A DNA stretch of 64,000 bases from Paragordius varius (GCA_964247055.1 OZ176055.1:8742001-8806000), one strand, 5' to 3'. Positions 13,050 through 27,175 are shown, counted from the first letter of the stretch. The notes: generated by a model from the letters alone, not told the origin. Made by a program: numbers and translations.

Positions 13050-14814
13050 AACCCCTATACTAAAATTTTTACCTTTTTACGGGTATAAAGCCGGTTTCTT
13101 GAGTATTTTGAAAATTAGCTCCAAAACCACGCCATTTTGGTGTGGCTTCTCAGTTTTAAACTGGTAGACAGCTGCCTATAGACCTATCTGGAAAAAGCGC
13201 TGAGTTATATTCTTTGCCTTTATAGGGCAAATATTTGAAATCATCTTTCATACCATCGTCCATGGGTTATTTAAATAAATAATTCAACACTAAATAATCG
13301 TTATAGGGTGGTGGATTTTTAGGTATGGGCTCTAAATTAACGGCTAATCAAAAAACGCCTGACCTTATTTTTTACCTAGTTACTGGTAATATTTCAAGCT
13401 TTTTATAATGGCTTCATAAATTTAAAATTTCTGTAAATTAGCTCCAGAACAAGGCAATTTCTATATAGTGGCACAGTTTTTGGCGGGTAGCTCCTTACCC
13501 AAGGGCAGGTATAAAAAAGGCGTTAGGCGAAATTTTTGCTTTATATGGGGAATATCTGGAATTATCATGGATTCCATATGTACATAAAAGTTCTCGGAAA
13601 TATTGCTTCAAAACTAAAAAATCTATGGCCGCGCATTTTTTAGGCGTAAAACTTTACTTAGCGACTCATTAAAATAACCCCCTTTACTAAAGTATTTGTT
13701 TTTTTAAGGAAAAAAATATTTTCGGACCTTATTGAACTTACATAATCTCATAGGTTTTCTGAAATTTGGCCCCAAAATGGTGACACAGTTTTACGTGGGA
13801 TAGTTTCCTAACCAGGGACGAACAAAAAAACCCTGGATTAAATTTTTGCCTTAATTCGTGTAATACCTGGAATCATGATTGATTCCATATGCTCTCCTGG
13901 GATTTTCAATAATTACCTCAAAACCAAAAAGTCATTCTATGGTGGCACATTTTTCAGGGCAGGGGCTTAATTAAGGGGTAATTTTATAAAACCGCTCTAC
14001 TTAAATTTTCGCCTTTTACGGGTGATATTTCAAGCCCTTATTGAACTCATAGATAAATTTTCTAAAATTTGCCTCTAAATTCACGTATCGATATGGCGCA
14101 GTTGTTGGCGAGTAACCCCATACCCACAGGCCAATATAAAAAAGACGTTCGATAAAAAATTTTGCCTTTATAAGGAAATACCTGGAATCATCATTCATTC
14201 CATATGTTCTTAATTTTGGAAGAATGGCTTCAAACTAAAATTGTTCAATGATAGCGCAGTTTTTAGGGCGTAAAGAGCCTTAACGAAATTAAAAACTTGA
14301 CTTATATTTTTGCCTTTTTATGGGTAATATTTCAGGTCCTTATTAAACTTATGTGGCCCTTTTCTGAAAATTAACTCCTAAACAACGCAATTTCGACATG
14401 GTGGCGCAGTTTTAGGTGGGTAGCTCCCTACCCAGAGGCTAATACAAAAAAACGCTTGATTAAAATTTTGCCTTTTTACGAAAAATACGTGGAATGAGGC
14501 TTAAATTAAAAAAGCCAGCCGACTATGTTCGGCGCAATCGAATTAAAAAAAATCTTATTGGAAATCGAATGGTCCAAAATGTTTTTCGGACAATTGTCTC
14601 AAAGACACGATTTTTGTGGACTTCTGTTTTCAAAAAAAACCGTTTTTGACACGGGGGGGCCCGATCTGGGGGTCTTATTCATAAAGAGGGCGAAGCTATT
14701 ATCGGAGCATTCATTAATTATTATATTTTTTTGACGTTTGGATTTGAATGGGTCCACCGGCTTTCCGGAAACAGATCACAAAGCCACCATCTTCAATTAT
14801 TATAAATATATAGA
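13050..14814 (-). mobile_element. Non-autonomous Helitron-like element, copy 1 (3' end not seen), with about five internal ~310-bp subrepeats
   Basis: 5' end A|TCTATATATTTATAAT...GGTGGCTTTGTGATCTG at 14814. Colinear with 43020-44369. Repeat units start near 13113, 13435, 13761, 14065 and 14368. Confidence 0.75.
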
Positions 14815-17799
14815 TTAAAAAAGTGTTGTATATGTTTTGGCGAAAAACAAGTAAACAAAACGGTTTTATCAATTATTTTAGATGAAGCAATTATAGGGCA
14901 TTTGGGACAAATCTGATTTATCTAACTACCTCCAAAAAACATATAATTTGATTTACAAAACTGTAAACAGAGTAATATGATATTTTAACTTTTAGCCATA
15001 GGATTGGATCAAAAATATATTTCATTCATTGATTTCGATTACTGCTTGATGATGCAAAATGATAAATTCATTAGCAAAGTCATCTTAGTTGCTATCCTAG
15101 AAAAGTTTTGTCTTTTTATATTACCCTATAATTTGTCTAATGATGCTGATAAGCAGCTCGTATGGAGAGTTATTGTTTTGCTTTTTATATTAGTTTACAA
15201 AATATTTTAGTGATATATTTTGGAATAAAGCATTTAGCGTTCACCAAAATAAATTACTGCAAAATATGATTTTGATAGTTATAATATGGAGCAATTACCA
15301 TAAAAGGGTAAATAATTTTTTGAAATCACTAATAAGGACCAACACCAGCATTAATTCTGAAACATTTTCCTATCAAAAAACAATATATTTCATCAGGATA
15401 TTTTTTGTGGACCCCTATTAACAAAAAGTTTTAACATGTTTTATAACTAATTATTGTAATCAAAACGAAAGTAAATACTTGACAATTCCCTAGATTTAAA
15501 AGTCCGATCTAAGTTTTCCAATTTTCAACATTTAAGTTAATCAAAAGTAGCTATCATAGATTTAAGTTTTATAATTTAAACAAATCTTATTTATTATATC
15601 ATAAACATATATAATTTAAAATTAATACTTGATTTATAATGCTAGTTATAGATTTTGACAACCGACTTATAAGTGTAAATATTTATCCTAATGCATTAAC
15701 TTTTATTAAAGCTGGTATGAGTTATTTATTTTTTTGGTATAATTTAATCGAGCTCAAATGTTAATGGCAAAAAAATTAATGATATTATTATATTCATAAT
15801 CTAAAAATTTATGATTAATCAAATTAATATAATTTTTTGTAAAAAAAATTTTCTGTATTTGATATTATAAACAACTTTGAGAAAATGATAAATACCAATT
15901 ATTGGTCGGAGAAGGTTTTTAGAGATTTTATATTATGCATAAATTATAAATTATCCTATTTAAATATAGAATTGGTATTCCAATTGATTTTTTATTGTGT
16001 TGTATTTAAAGGGTGTAATTATTTAGTTAAAATAAATTTTATATTTTTCCATATTTAACATGGCAACGAGGAGCACAACTCCAGCCGCCAATCGGTCTAC
16101 CGATACATTAAATAAAATCAAATTTTATCTAGCCAGTTATTCCGGAGAAAGAAAAAGTTTGTAATTTTATCTGTTTTATTAATATATATCCTATGGATAA
16201 AACTTAAAATTTTATATACTCAAAACTGTTGAAAAATAATTTCTTTGGAGGATTTTATCTTCAAATAAAAGTTAGTGGCCTAGCTAGGAAGGGGATGATC
16301 CAGGCGCCTTAGTTGAAGGGGCATTGAAAATTTAATATTTTAAAGAAATAGGCAAAAAGTTATTATTTTTAGATAAATATAAAATCACCCCTATTGTGAG
16401 TGGTCATGACCTTCAATCTTGATCAAAATTCTTCTTTAGTTTTATAAATATATTAATGTAACCAACTTTTTTATATCCTTATATATCTCGCCACTTTATC
16501 TTCGAATGCCTAACTTTCTTAACCTCAGCCTCTTCCTATCATTCAAAGAACCTACCTTCAAATATATGCTTAAATCACCAAAGTTTCAGATATTAGGATA
16601 GGATCATTATTAATTTTTGGTTAATTTACTTTTAAAAATTATATACAATCCATGCCACCCCTATGTTAAGATTATTTAAATTTATAATTGATATTATAAG
16701 AAAGACCAAATTCCAAAAAAATATTGTTTATTTTTCCTTTACCAATTTAGAACATGGCATACCATCTACATACATTATGCCGTACTTTTTTTTCTTTTTC
16801 CTTTTTTTGTTTGTCCTATAACATTTTTTGCTGCTTAATCCCAGCTTTACTCTTTTCTTCTTAAATTTAAAATATTTCTTTTATCAAATTCCATTATTCA
16901 TTAGAGAGGTATCAATTATGATTATATATCTATTTTGATGCATCTATTCTAAAGTATTTGTAATATATAAAATGAGCCACACAGCCTAAAGTATTTTAAC
17001 ATATGGCCATCAGATATATTTTATAAATCAATATTGATAAGTGAGTTAGAGTTACGTTTAAACCGGTTAAACAATTATATTGTTTGTTTTCATGGTCGTA
17101 ACGTATACGTATCATATGTATATCTATTGCCTCAACAAAAGAAAATTAAGATTATTGATCAAAATATAGTGGACCCGTTTTATAATTAAATGTTCTTCAT
17201 TAAAAAAATGGAACAGGAACCGAAATCAGAAAAGACTGACTTGGAACCGGACCCTAAAACGGTTCCGTTTTGGCTTCCTGATTTTTACTATAATAAAGCT
17301 TTAATAATTTTAAGTTTTATTCCAACCGTTCGCTTCGTAATATAATCTCAAAGGGTAGAATAGGATAATAGCTCAAGAAAAATAATTTTAATTAAATTAG
17401 TATTATCAGGAACGCCCATTAGCGGTTTTCAAAATAAAACAAAAATTGAAAGAAAATTACTGATTTGCAAAATACTGATAATCATAATACCAATTCCACT
17501 TTACTGCCCAGATAATTGTAATCCGACAACAACTACCTGCCCGGGGTCGAATTTTTAGATAATAATTTAACAACACCTCTGCCCAACAACAGAGCCGCAA
17601 TATTTTTGACAACAGCCATACAATAGAGGACCTCAATAATACGATAGGGAGTCCACAAACTAAAAATGATTTAAGAAATAAAATTGCACCATCTGCCATT
17701 TATTCAAGCGATGTTACTTATTTAAAGTTTAATAATAATACTCCTATAATCACTGTTTTATCAGATAGCTTCTAACCAGCGAATTCATTTGCCGTAATT

Positions 17800-19870
17800 T
17801 TTTATCTGTTTAGATAAACCACAAGTAACGGGTTTCTAAAGAATTCTTGTCGGGTACCGTCTTTCCTGTATTTTTGTGGGGGAGCTGGTTGTCGAAGGTT
17901 CCTGGGTATTATTATTTAGACTTGCGGCTGTCGGGGCAATCGGTTTGGTTTCGTCACTTGGGATCATGCTGTTTGGCTGAGATTTGGCAATTGTAACATC
18001 ATCCCTGACAGTGGTTACGTCCTCATCAGTCGTGTTACTGGAAATGGTAGTTTGTTGTTGTGGCTAATGTACTATTTGATTGGCGTGTTTTCTCACGAGT
18101 TTCTTCCGATTTTTGTCCCACACCTCCATGATCTCTCCGGTGTGCCATCCTGAACTTAGTTCATTTTTAGTCATTACTCGCTCATTAATCGCAAAACGGC
18201 GGTCGGGGGGCCGGTGCATATAGCAATCTCGCCCTACTATTTAACCAAGTTAAGGGCGTATGGGGTGTTCGCTTAAACATTTGGGCAGGGGTTTCTATAG
18301 TTGTCAAGTGTATAGAGTTTCTATACGCCCATAGGCTAGTGTTAAACGCTTCGTGGGTGGATATCGCATTATTTTTTATTCTTTTGTATTTATTTTTTAT
18401 CGTACCCACTAACCTTTCTACCGTCCCATTACTCTTAGGATGGTAGGGGGTAACCTTAATATGTTTCACCTCTAACATACTTAAGGTGGACGAGAAGTAC
18501 TCATTGCTAAAATACGAAGCGTTATCGCTAACCATCTCTCTTGCAAAAGCAAACCTTGCAAACATTTCTTCTATTTTATGGATTATATTCGCTGCGGTTA
18601 CCTTTTTCATAATAAACCCTTCTGCCCGTTTCGAGGCACTATCAATTATCAACAACCAATAATAACCGTCTACCGGTCCGGCTATATCAATATGCAAACG
18701 CTACCACACAGCAACATTATGATCCCAATGATACGTGAATTCTGAGTTACATTCGGCCTACTACGTTGGCACGATTCGCACTGACTACTGACTTTTACCG
18801 GGTCATTTTTTTTAATTCTGGCCAATAACACGTAAATCTGGCCATCGCTTTCATGGTCTCTAAGTTGTTATGACCGCTGTGTAGGTATCTCACCACCTCT
18901 TTTTGGAGGGGCTTCGGAATTATAATCCGCTCATTTAAACTTAACAAGCCATATTGATATGCCAACTCGTCTTTACGGTTTGCAAACTTTTCTAATTCTG
19001 TAGAACTCCAGTTTCAAATTCCATCTCTGCTTAACCGCAAGTTATGACAATTTAAAAATCTCAGGTATCTGGTAACCGCACCATCTTCATCATAGGCAGC
19101 GATCTCGTCCATCGGCCATCTCGAAATCAGCACTATTTTGAGCCCCCTTTTGATGACTTATTTCAAAATCGTATTCATTTATTATATTAATCCATCTTAG
19201 TATTTTAGCATTATGTATTTAAATTTTGATCTCTATTAATTAACTTTAATAAGGGTAAATGGTCAGTTAATATTACAAATTTTCTACCATATACGAAACT
19301 ATGAAACTTTCTAAACGCAAACAATATTGCTTTTAATTTTTTCTCGATAGTGGAATAACTCCGTTCGGCGTTGCTACATTTTTGTGAGGCATACGCGATC
19401 GGTATCCTTTCATCTTAACGTCATGACTTAAAATGCACCCAAATCCTAAATCTGACGCATCAGTTTCTATTATCAGTTTCCTATTAGGATTATATGGTGT
19501 TAAAAACACTTTTTCGCTTAACAAATTCTTAGCTGCTAACCAGCTTTTCTCATTTTTTCGGTCTAAGACCAACTCGTATTTTTACTAGTTAATTCATGTA
19601 AAGGACCGACTATCATTTGTAATTATAAAGCGTTCATGAAACGTCAAAAAACCTAAAAAAACTACGTAAAGACTTTTTATCTACCGGCCTTTTTAGTTCC
19701 TTGATTGCCTTGATTTTGCTTCTACATGGGCTTATACCTTTTTCCGATATTCCAATAGTTTACTTATTCTGCACCTATCATTTGTCTTAATTTGAATCTG
19801 GCCTTATCGAGACTTAATACGTTATTTAAATTGTTCATGAGCTCATTTTCCTACTTTTTAAATTGAATAG
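17800..19870 (-). mobile_element. Decayed Gypsy/Ty3-like LTR retrotransposon pol (RT thumb, RNase H, integrase)
   Basis: KIKAIKEL.RP...LRSFLG-like stretch near 19670-19720; RNase H IETDASDLGFGCILSH (ORF 19333-19572); integrase HIDIAGP...IIDSASK...VSDNA...PYHPKSNGTVER (ORF 18185-18697). No LTR pair recognised. Confidence 0.88.
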
Positions 19871-21222
19871 ATTTTTATTTAAAGATTTTCCCTCATTTGA
19901 GGATTAGTTGAACTAAATGGCATTTTTGGAAGTTAGGAAGAGGTGAGTTCTCGTCTATTCTGAAATTATCTGTTAAATATGATAACATATATTATTACGA
20001 CATTTTTATTATTAATATTATTAAACGTATGCGTTACATAAAAAGTATGGATGACATCGTTAAAATGTTTTTTAAAAAAAACAAATATTTTGATAGCTCA
20101 ATATCCATTGTACATGGTTATTAAAGGATCCGAATTTTCACTTGTTTAATCATTTCGACACTTCAATAAAAGATCTACTTTTCATTCGTGCAAAGTCATT
20201 TTGCTACAAGAAAATGCACCGACTCACACGCTTCGATAAGAGCCGCATCCGCACTCTCCTGACCTGGCGATCTCTGGATAATACAATGTATAAATGGGTA
20301 CACCCTCGGAGAGCAACTTTAATAATTCTGACCTTAAAACTGACAAATAGTTAGTTGCCAAAAGCAATCAGTTTTTCTCGGATGATATCAAATATTGCAT
20401 GAGGGATGCCGAGACCTGCAGAACCGATATATTTAGAATATAAAAAAATATTAAATCCAAAAATACGTTTTACCAAAAACCCGGTTGAGAATTATGATTA
20501 AACATGTTGTAACCAGTTAGCCACCTTACCTCTCTTCAAAAAAATGCCACCAGTTCCACCAATTCCTTAAACGGTAGGGGGAAAATTTAATTATATACAA
20601 TATTAATTTAATAAATGTATTATTCAAAATTATTAAGTTTTAGGGTAACAGCTCTTTTTCGAAAAATCGCTATAACAGCGCCTATTATGTTAAATAATTT
20701 TTTTAGAGAATCAATCATAACCCCGCAATAAAATTATTTGCAATATATGGTTTTAATAAATGATTGCTCGCTTTTGTCCGGTATAATTAATATGTAACTG
20801 AAATAATTGTATCCGTGGGTATTAGTTTTTGATATCTATGCGATCCGTTAATCCACAAAACTTAATTTAATCTGTCATCCTCTTGGCAAGAACTAAAATT
20901 TTTTATAATGGATTGGAATTCCGCAGTCTTAAGTTTGCAATTAAAAAATTTATTGAATGCTCATATATTTGTGATGTGGCCCGCAATGCCATATGTGTTG
21001 GCCCCTGGTTTAAACAGATATCATTACAAATTTGTTTCAAAAATTAGATAAATACAATATTTTTTAGAAATTATAAAAAATCTAATTTTCTTATTTGATA
21101 GCGGCAACTAAAATATGATAAACATATAGCTCGAAACGTAATAAATTTAGTCAAAAATAAACATTTTTATAACTATCAGTTAATTTATATTATAAAATTA
21201 ATTTTTTTTTCTTATAAAATAT

Positions 21223-24200
21223 TTAAAGCGGTATTTTGCGAAAAATGGAAGTTTGCAAATCATTTATGCGGGAACTAAGCTCTTGTAGTGCTTTATATTT
21301 GGCATTTAAGGCGTTTTCATTAACACTAGTTTCATGATAATCAAGGAAATTGTTAGGTGGTTTAGGTGGTAAGTTATTAGATGCGGATTTTTTATTGGGA
21401 TTTTCAATTAATTTCCCATCTACTCTAATGTAAGGTGGTACAGATTCATCATCATTCTCAACTGTTGTATTGTTTGAATTGTTGTCTGGTATCTATAAAG
21501 AAAAAGATAAAGAAACATAATAAAGCTCATAATTTGGAGATAACTTTAGAATATGCAATGAAGTCATATTTGAATATTGACGGCCATTTAATAAAAAAGA
21601 TAATAGGAACAGTCAAATTCTAACTAATCAATAAAATACTTACAAAATAATTTGCATAAAAAAAGATACGTGTATGTACAATAAAGTAAACACCTACCAA
21701 TATTTTTTAATTGAATCTATACTACATCCCTGAGGTAAACTATCCAAAATAATAAAATAATATAAAGAAAAGGGAGATTGCAATAGAGACTTTTTAATTT
21801 ATCAATTTTATTGCATCGCATTCAGCCTATTAGCATAAACCAACGTATTCAAATGTTCACGGACATTGTGTAAAAAAGCATAAAGCAATCAGATTCAAAG
21901 CGGTAAAATAGCACAAAAAAGGTGTTACATTGAGACTAATTTTAGAAACAAAAATCGCAAAAACTAACGTTGTAAATCATGATTATAGGCATTTTTTACG
22001 CAAAACTAAAGTAAAACCAACCAAAATTAGAAGTTTTCCGATTGGGTCTATCTTACATTCCTCGGGCAGGATACCATCTAAAATAAGGGAAACCAACAGC
22101 TTTTCAATCTGTGCTATGCGATCTTGTCCATGCACATTCAATCTATCAGCAATGAATTCTAACTTTAGCCTTTTATACGGTTTAACTAACGTGCTCATAA
22201 GCACTTGAGTCCGTATATTTTTAAGCAATTCTTCAACATGTTCTCTTATGAAAGCATCTTCCATAATTGTTGTCCGAGTAATTGGTTGTTCTATACAGAA
22301 TATATTATTTAAAAATAAAGACATAGAGTAAAAATAATTTGAAAATCATCATTTTTTTATTATTGCCTGTTGTTTTGGGTTGCAAAATATGGACTGTAAA
22401 AGTTGGTAAGACATTTAATTCTATAATTCAAAGTTTCCCATTTTATAGCGAAAATATCAAAAATCAAATATTATTTTCTTTATAAAAAAACATTTGTCTT
22501 CTAGTTTTTACGTTATATAATTTATATATAATAATTGCTTGTTAAATTTGTATAATAGATATATTATTGCGATAACAAAAACAATTTTTAGTAAAATTTT
22601 AAAATATGGGTGGAAACGTAATGTATTGGCTAATCTAGGTATTAATTTTTTCGAAAAATATAAATCATAAATTTGAATATATTTTTTATTTTCTCAGTAT
22701 TTATACACAATACCCCATTTCCAGATTCATTGAAACACCTGTTAATCGAAAGTGTAATAGGATAATTGTTTTATAAAATAATAAATTTCATACATGTATT
22801 TTAATATTTACCATGCGTTTTTTATCAATATTCAATTTTTCCCGAAAAAATAAATTATAATTTCAAAAGAATAACCTTTCAAAAAATGATAAAACAAAAT
22901 ATTTTTAAATTTAACTTTACATTAAAATAATTATATTACAAAAACCTGATTGAGACGTGGAGGAAGCCAAGGTATCGTTATTTAGCACAGATTCAAACTT
23001 AACAATGTCCCCATTTTGATATGCATCGACCAGATCTGTCATAGCAATAATTTCAGGGTCATCTTTGTATGGTTTAGTTTCCTGGATAATGTACAACATT
23101 ATTTTGTATGTTATTATCAATAAGATACCTATAAAATTAAAAAAACTTATCAAAAAAGTTGGAATTTTCGTAAAAATAACTTTCGTTCATGACTTTTATT
23201 TGGTGTTATTTATGCGCATAAATGATAAAATTATTTTTTTACCTTTGCAAATATTTAAACACAATTTAAATCTAGCCATGTTATAACTAATTATTATAAA
23301 AAATTTGCACGGAATTTTTTTGCAAAAGAATTTTTTAAGACAAGTGAACGATGTAAACTTTGATTGTAAATATTAACCGTTCTTACTCCATATCATGATA
23401 ACAAAATTCACAATTAAAAAAATAAAATATTATGATCTCTAATAATTCCACTAAACACAACCAATATTTATGAATAATAAATCCCAGCAAAATAAAAGAA
23501 TATCAATAAATATTGTATATACTATCAACAATCATATTAATATTATTACATTTTCAAAATTAATAAAAGTGAAATATAATTGATATCACGTTATAAACAT
23601 AGGTGGTAAAAATGGTTATTTTTATTTTTTGGGTTTAAGCATTTGATGATTTCGCTAAAAGATGTGACAATATATATAGATCTAACTATATGCCAAATGA
23701 CAGGATTTTTAAAGTTTTAAGGGAGTGTTAAAATAAAAAAGTAAGAATGAAATATAGTTACCTGAGATTCAAAAGGGTTAATATCACTTTTGAGTAACAT
23801 GTTTGTTAGGACTAAATATTTCAGACAAGTAAGTCGTCTGATACTCCCTGCTTCGTCGTAATTTTTAAAGGCCTCAAAAAAATCGACAAACGCTTTCTCA
23901 TACTCCTGTTCACGTAAGTGCATTTTGCCTTAAAATATTGTAAAAATGTGTAATCTAACCTCCACATTCCCTTATAACACCCATAATTAATGGGTGAGGG
24001 ATGGCTGATTTGATTTGCAAACAATTTTCGTAAAGTTGTTTCAATTTTTTATTGTTCTTCTGTGCCGTGTATACTTGAATCTCCAAAGCGTATATTTCCA
24101 GGAGTTGAGTCCCTAAAAACATTTTTAAAAAAAATATACCCTTTTTCAAATCATCTTCTCCCTCATCCGTTAAACAACTTTGATGGAGTTGACGAATAAT

Positions 24201-24737
24201 TTTAAAAACTTTGGCATAATCGCCTTGATCAAAATATAATTTTCCCAATTTGGTGTTAGTTTTGAACCAAAGCCGTTCGTTTCTTGCCTCTTTTAGCGCT
24301 TTTAATGTTTCTTCATAAAATTCTTGCAATAAATTTATTTTGCTTTGTGAATCATTTTTAGAAAGATTATAAGTTGATATTAAATCCAAAATCGAGTTTA
24401 TAGATTTTTCAGAATAATTTCGCGTAACAGCGTTCTTTATATAGGTTAAAAGCTTCTTATAACATGTCATCATATTCTCGTAATCTCCTTGTTGAAAGTA
24501 TATTTTTATCATTTGTTTCAAGGTTTTGAATCCCCATTCACTTTTATCTTCGCCTTCCATAGCAATAACTTTTTTAAAGCTATCAAGGGCCTTGACGTAA
24601 CTTTCCTCTTTTAGGGCTTTGGAATTATAATATTGATTCTCTAAATCGACATCTGGCTCTTCGGCAGATTCCTCCGAATACTGTAAATCATATTCCTCAT
24701 CGTCATCTACCATAAAATCTTGTGGATCCGACGACAT
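21223..24737 (-). CDS. COPS2: COP9 signalosome complex subunit 2, 6 exons, ~530 aa
   Basis: Exons 24737-24140, 24112-23960, 23928-23762, 23081-22946, 22290-22022 and 21492-21223, all GT-AG and phase-consistent. Motifs [70 protein letters not shown], and a terminal helix [21 protein letters not shown]. Confidence 0.95.
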
Positions 24738-24939
24738 CGTGCTGTATGAACAGCTTTTTTAAAATGTGACTAAATATCCACCTGATTAACAATACACACA
24801 GTGAGAAACCTTTTTTATTTTTTTTCACATTTTAACTATGTTTAAGTAAGAAAAGATAAGGCAATTACTAAATTACAATTTTTCTTACTTTACATTCGTC
24901 CGAAATTTGGAGGTATAAAAAACTTAAAATATATATTCT

Positions 24940-25497
24940 GATTTGAAAGTCCCAAATTTTTTTGCTCTTCTATAATGAACGAGTAAAACACAAAAATGCC
25001 GAGATTGCCGATTATGCTAAATTTATCTCAAAATATTTTTAAAAAATGCATACTTTTTTAAAAAAAGCGAAATTTTGTTGAAGCGTACTTCATCCTATTC
25101 TGAGTCATGATGGAAATGGTTTACAAACGATACATAAAAACACTTTTTCTTAATAACTTAATGATGCTGAACATATCTATCACCTCAAAGTTAAGATCCA
25201 TCTCAATTTAAAGGTTCATTTGATATTCCTGATGTGTAAATATTCAGCATCATCGAATTCTATAAAAAAAGTGTTTTTATAATGTCATAAAACGTTAAAA
25301 ACCATTTCCATCATGCGATTGTATGAAGTATGTAAAAAAATTCGCTAATTAAATTTTGAAATAGAAAATTTTCAAAAAAAATAGTTGATGTCAAAATTTA
25401 ACATATATTTAAATTTTGGATCGCGCAAGCTTGTATTTTTATATTTTAAGATACTAGCCCATTTTATAAGAACAAAAAAAATGGAGACATTCGAAGC
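24940..25497. mobile_element. Palindromic (foldback) MITE, family A copy 2
   Basis: CATGATGGAAATGGT (~25106) is the exact reverse complement of ACCATTTCCATCATG (~25301). The outer arms also pair. Shares AAAATGCCGAG and TACTTCAT..GAGTCATGATGGAAA with the 8.2-kb copy. Confidence 0.8.
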
Positions 25498-26831
25498 TCC
25501 CATCAAAAAATTTATTTTTTTAGAAATATTGTTTTCCTTTTTTATGTTTATTATTTAGCGATATTTATTTGAATAAGACATTAGCTTACAAAAAAATTAT
25601 TTAATAATATGTGAGTAAATTTTGCCATTTTCTGATATGTAGCGCTTGCCAAATAACGGTAAATAACCTTTATAAATGGTTTGTAAGCCACAAAACCAAA
25701 AGAATGGGATTCCTGATACATTTTTCTATCAGAATATATTTATTATATCAAGATATTTATTTACCCCTGATTTTGTACACTGTGTAATTTAAAATAAAAA
25801 ATGTGCGCAAATGCCGTTTAGATATGGAGTTAGCAAAAAGTTTTCTAAATTACTCGTAAGGGCCAAAACAAAAATACCATAATAATCGTGATCAATAACC
25901 TATTAAAATATATGTTGTGAATGTTTTTTGTGGACTACGTGTTATATGAGCGCCTACCAAAAAATTGGAATTATATTTCTCAAATCTCTTAAGCCCATTA
26001 ACACTTGGATACAACACATCCATTTCACTTCGATTCAAATTCGGGTAGTTGGATACCCCAGGCCTGTTTAAAATTAAATAATTCAAAAAATATGAAACGG
26101 ATTAATGGCAAAAATTTGCACTTTTATAACATTGATGAATTAATATATACAAAAAATTTCATTCAAAACTACTTGATATAACTTATTTTTAGGTAAAACC
26201 TCAAGGCAATTAGTCCACATGGCATGTGTGCGCAAGCTAAATTTAAAAATAAAACAAAATAAACCACTTTTTCTGTTTCTACCAATGTTAGATGTAATTT
26301 AAATAAAAAATTAGCTTTCATTTTAGCTTTCAAATCAAAACACGATATTTTACAAAAATTAGGTAAAATAAAAATGGCGCTGAAGTAGTTTGACACAGAA
26401 CTTTTTTTTTCAAAATAAAATTTTATTGGGATAATTTGGCTTATATATATAATTATTAGGATAGAAGCATAAATTTAAATTGGGACCGTTTTTTTCAGTA
26501 GTTTTCAAAAAATAATAATATAAATATTGTCTGGTCTATTTATATACCCCAAATTGAATCGAAGTGTTTATGTCATATATTTAGTTTATCAGGATTTTAT
26601 TACCCACCACTCTGAAACTGTGTATATCAACCTTTCTAATACTATTATATAATAAGCCACAAGCACAAACTCTAATTCAAAAGCTACCAATTGTAACACT
26701 ATTCAGCATAAATAAGGTATATGGTGCCTTAATACCAATCAGATTATTTTTAGGTTGGTAACATCATTATTATGAGATTTTAATTTTAAACATCCCGTGT
26801 ATGAAACTTGTAAGGTTAGCTAGCAGAACAC

Positions 26832-27175
26832 ATGGCAAAATTTGTTAATAAGCTAACGGGTTTCGTTGTTAATAAAGGACCTGTATATGCCAAAGGTAAA
26901 AAAATAATTTATTTTTAGCATCCATAGATTATGCTACGCCTAGATTAAAAACATTTTGGCATTACGCCAAAGTTGAAATGAAACCGCCCACATCGGGAGA
27001 TATTTCGATTATACAATCAGATCTGAAGCAGCTCATGGCCAAATATAAAAATGGTCATGTAAGAAATCTGACAATACGGGAAGTTTGGTTGAATTCTTTG
27101 GTAGCTCTCGAAATTGGCTTTTGGTTTTTTTGTGGCGAAATAATTGGTCGAAGGAGTTTCTACTATAACGTTTAA
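26832..27175 (+). CDS. ATP5MG: Mitochondrial ATP synthase subunit g, 2 exons, 106 aa
   Basis: Exons 26832-26895 and 26919-27175 with a 23-nt intron. MAKFVNKL...ASIDYATPRLKTFWHYAKVEMKPP...WFFCGEIIGRR matches the subunit g pattern PRL.TFW.YAKVEL.PP and GEIIG.R. Confidence 0.93.

Noticed and set aside
16480-16580. Possible CR1/L2 C-terminal remnant (RLRKLG...RGD-like) on the minus strand
   Set aside because: Too short and frameshifted to support.
22367-22393. Possible 27-nt COPS2 micro-exon (VHILQPKTT)
   Set aside because: Phase-compatible and has an AG acceptor, but needs a weak GC donor (GCAATA) and homology does not require it.
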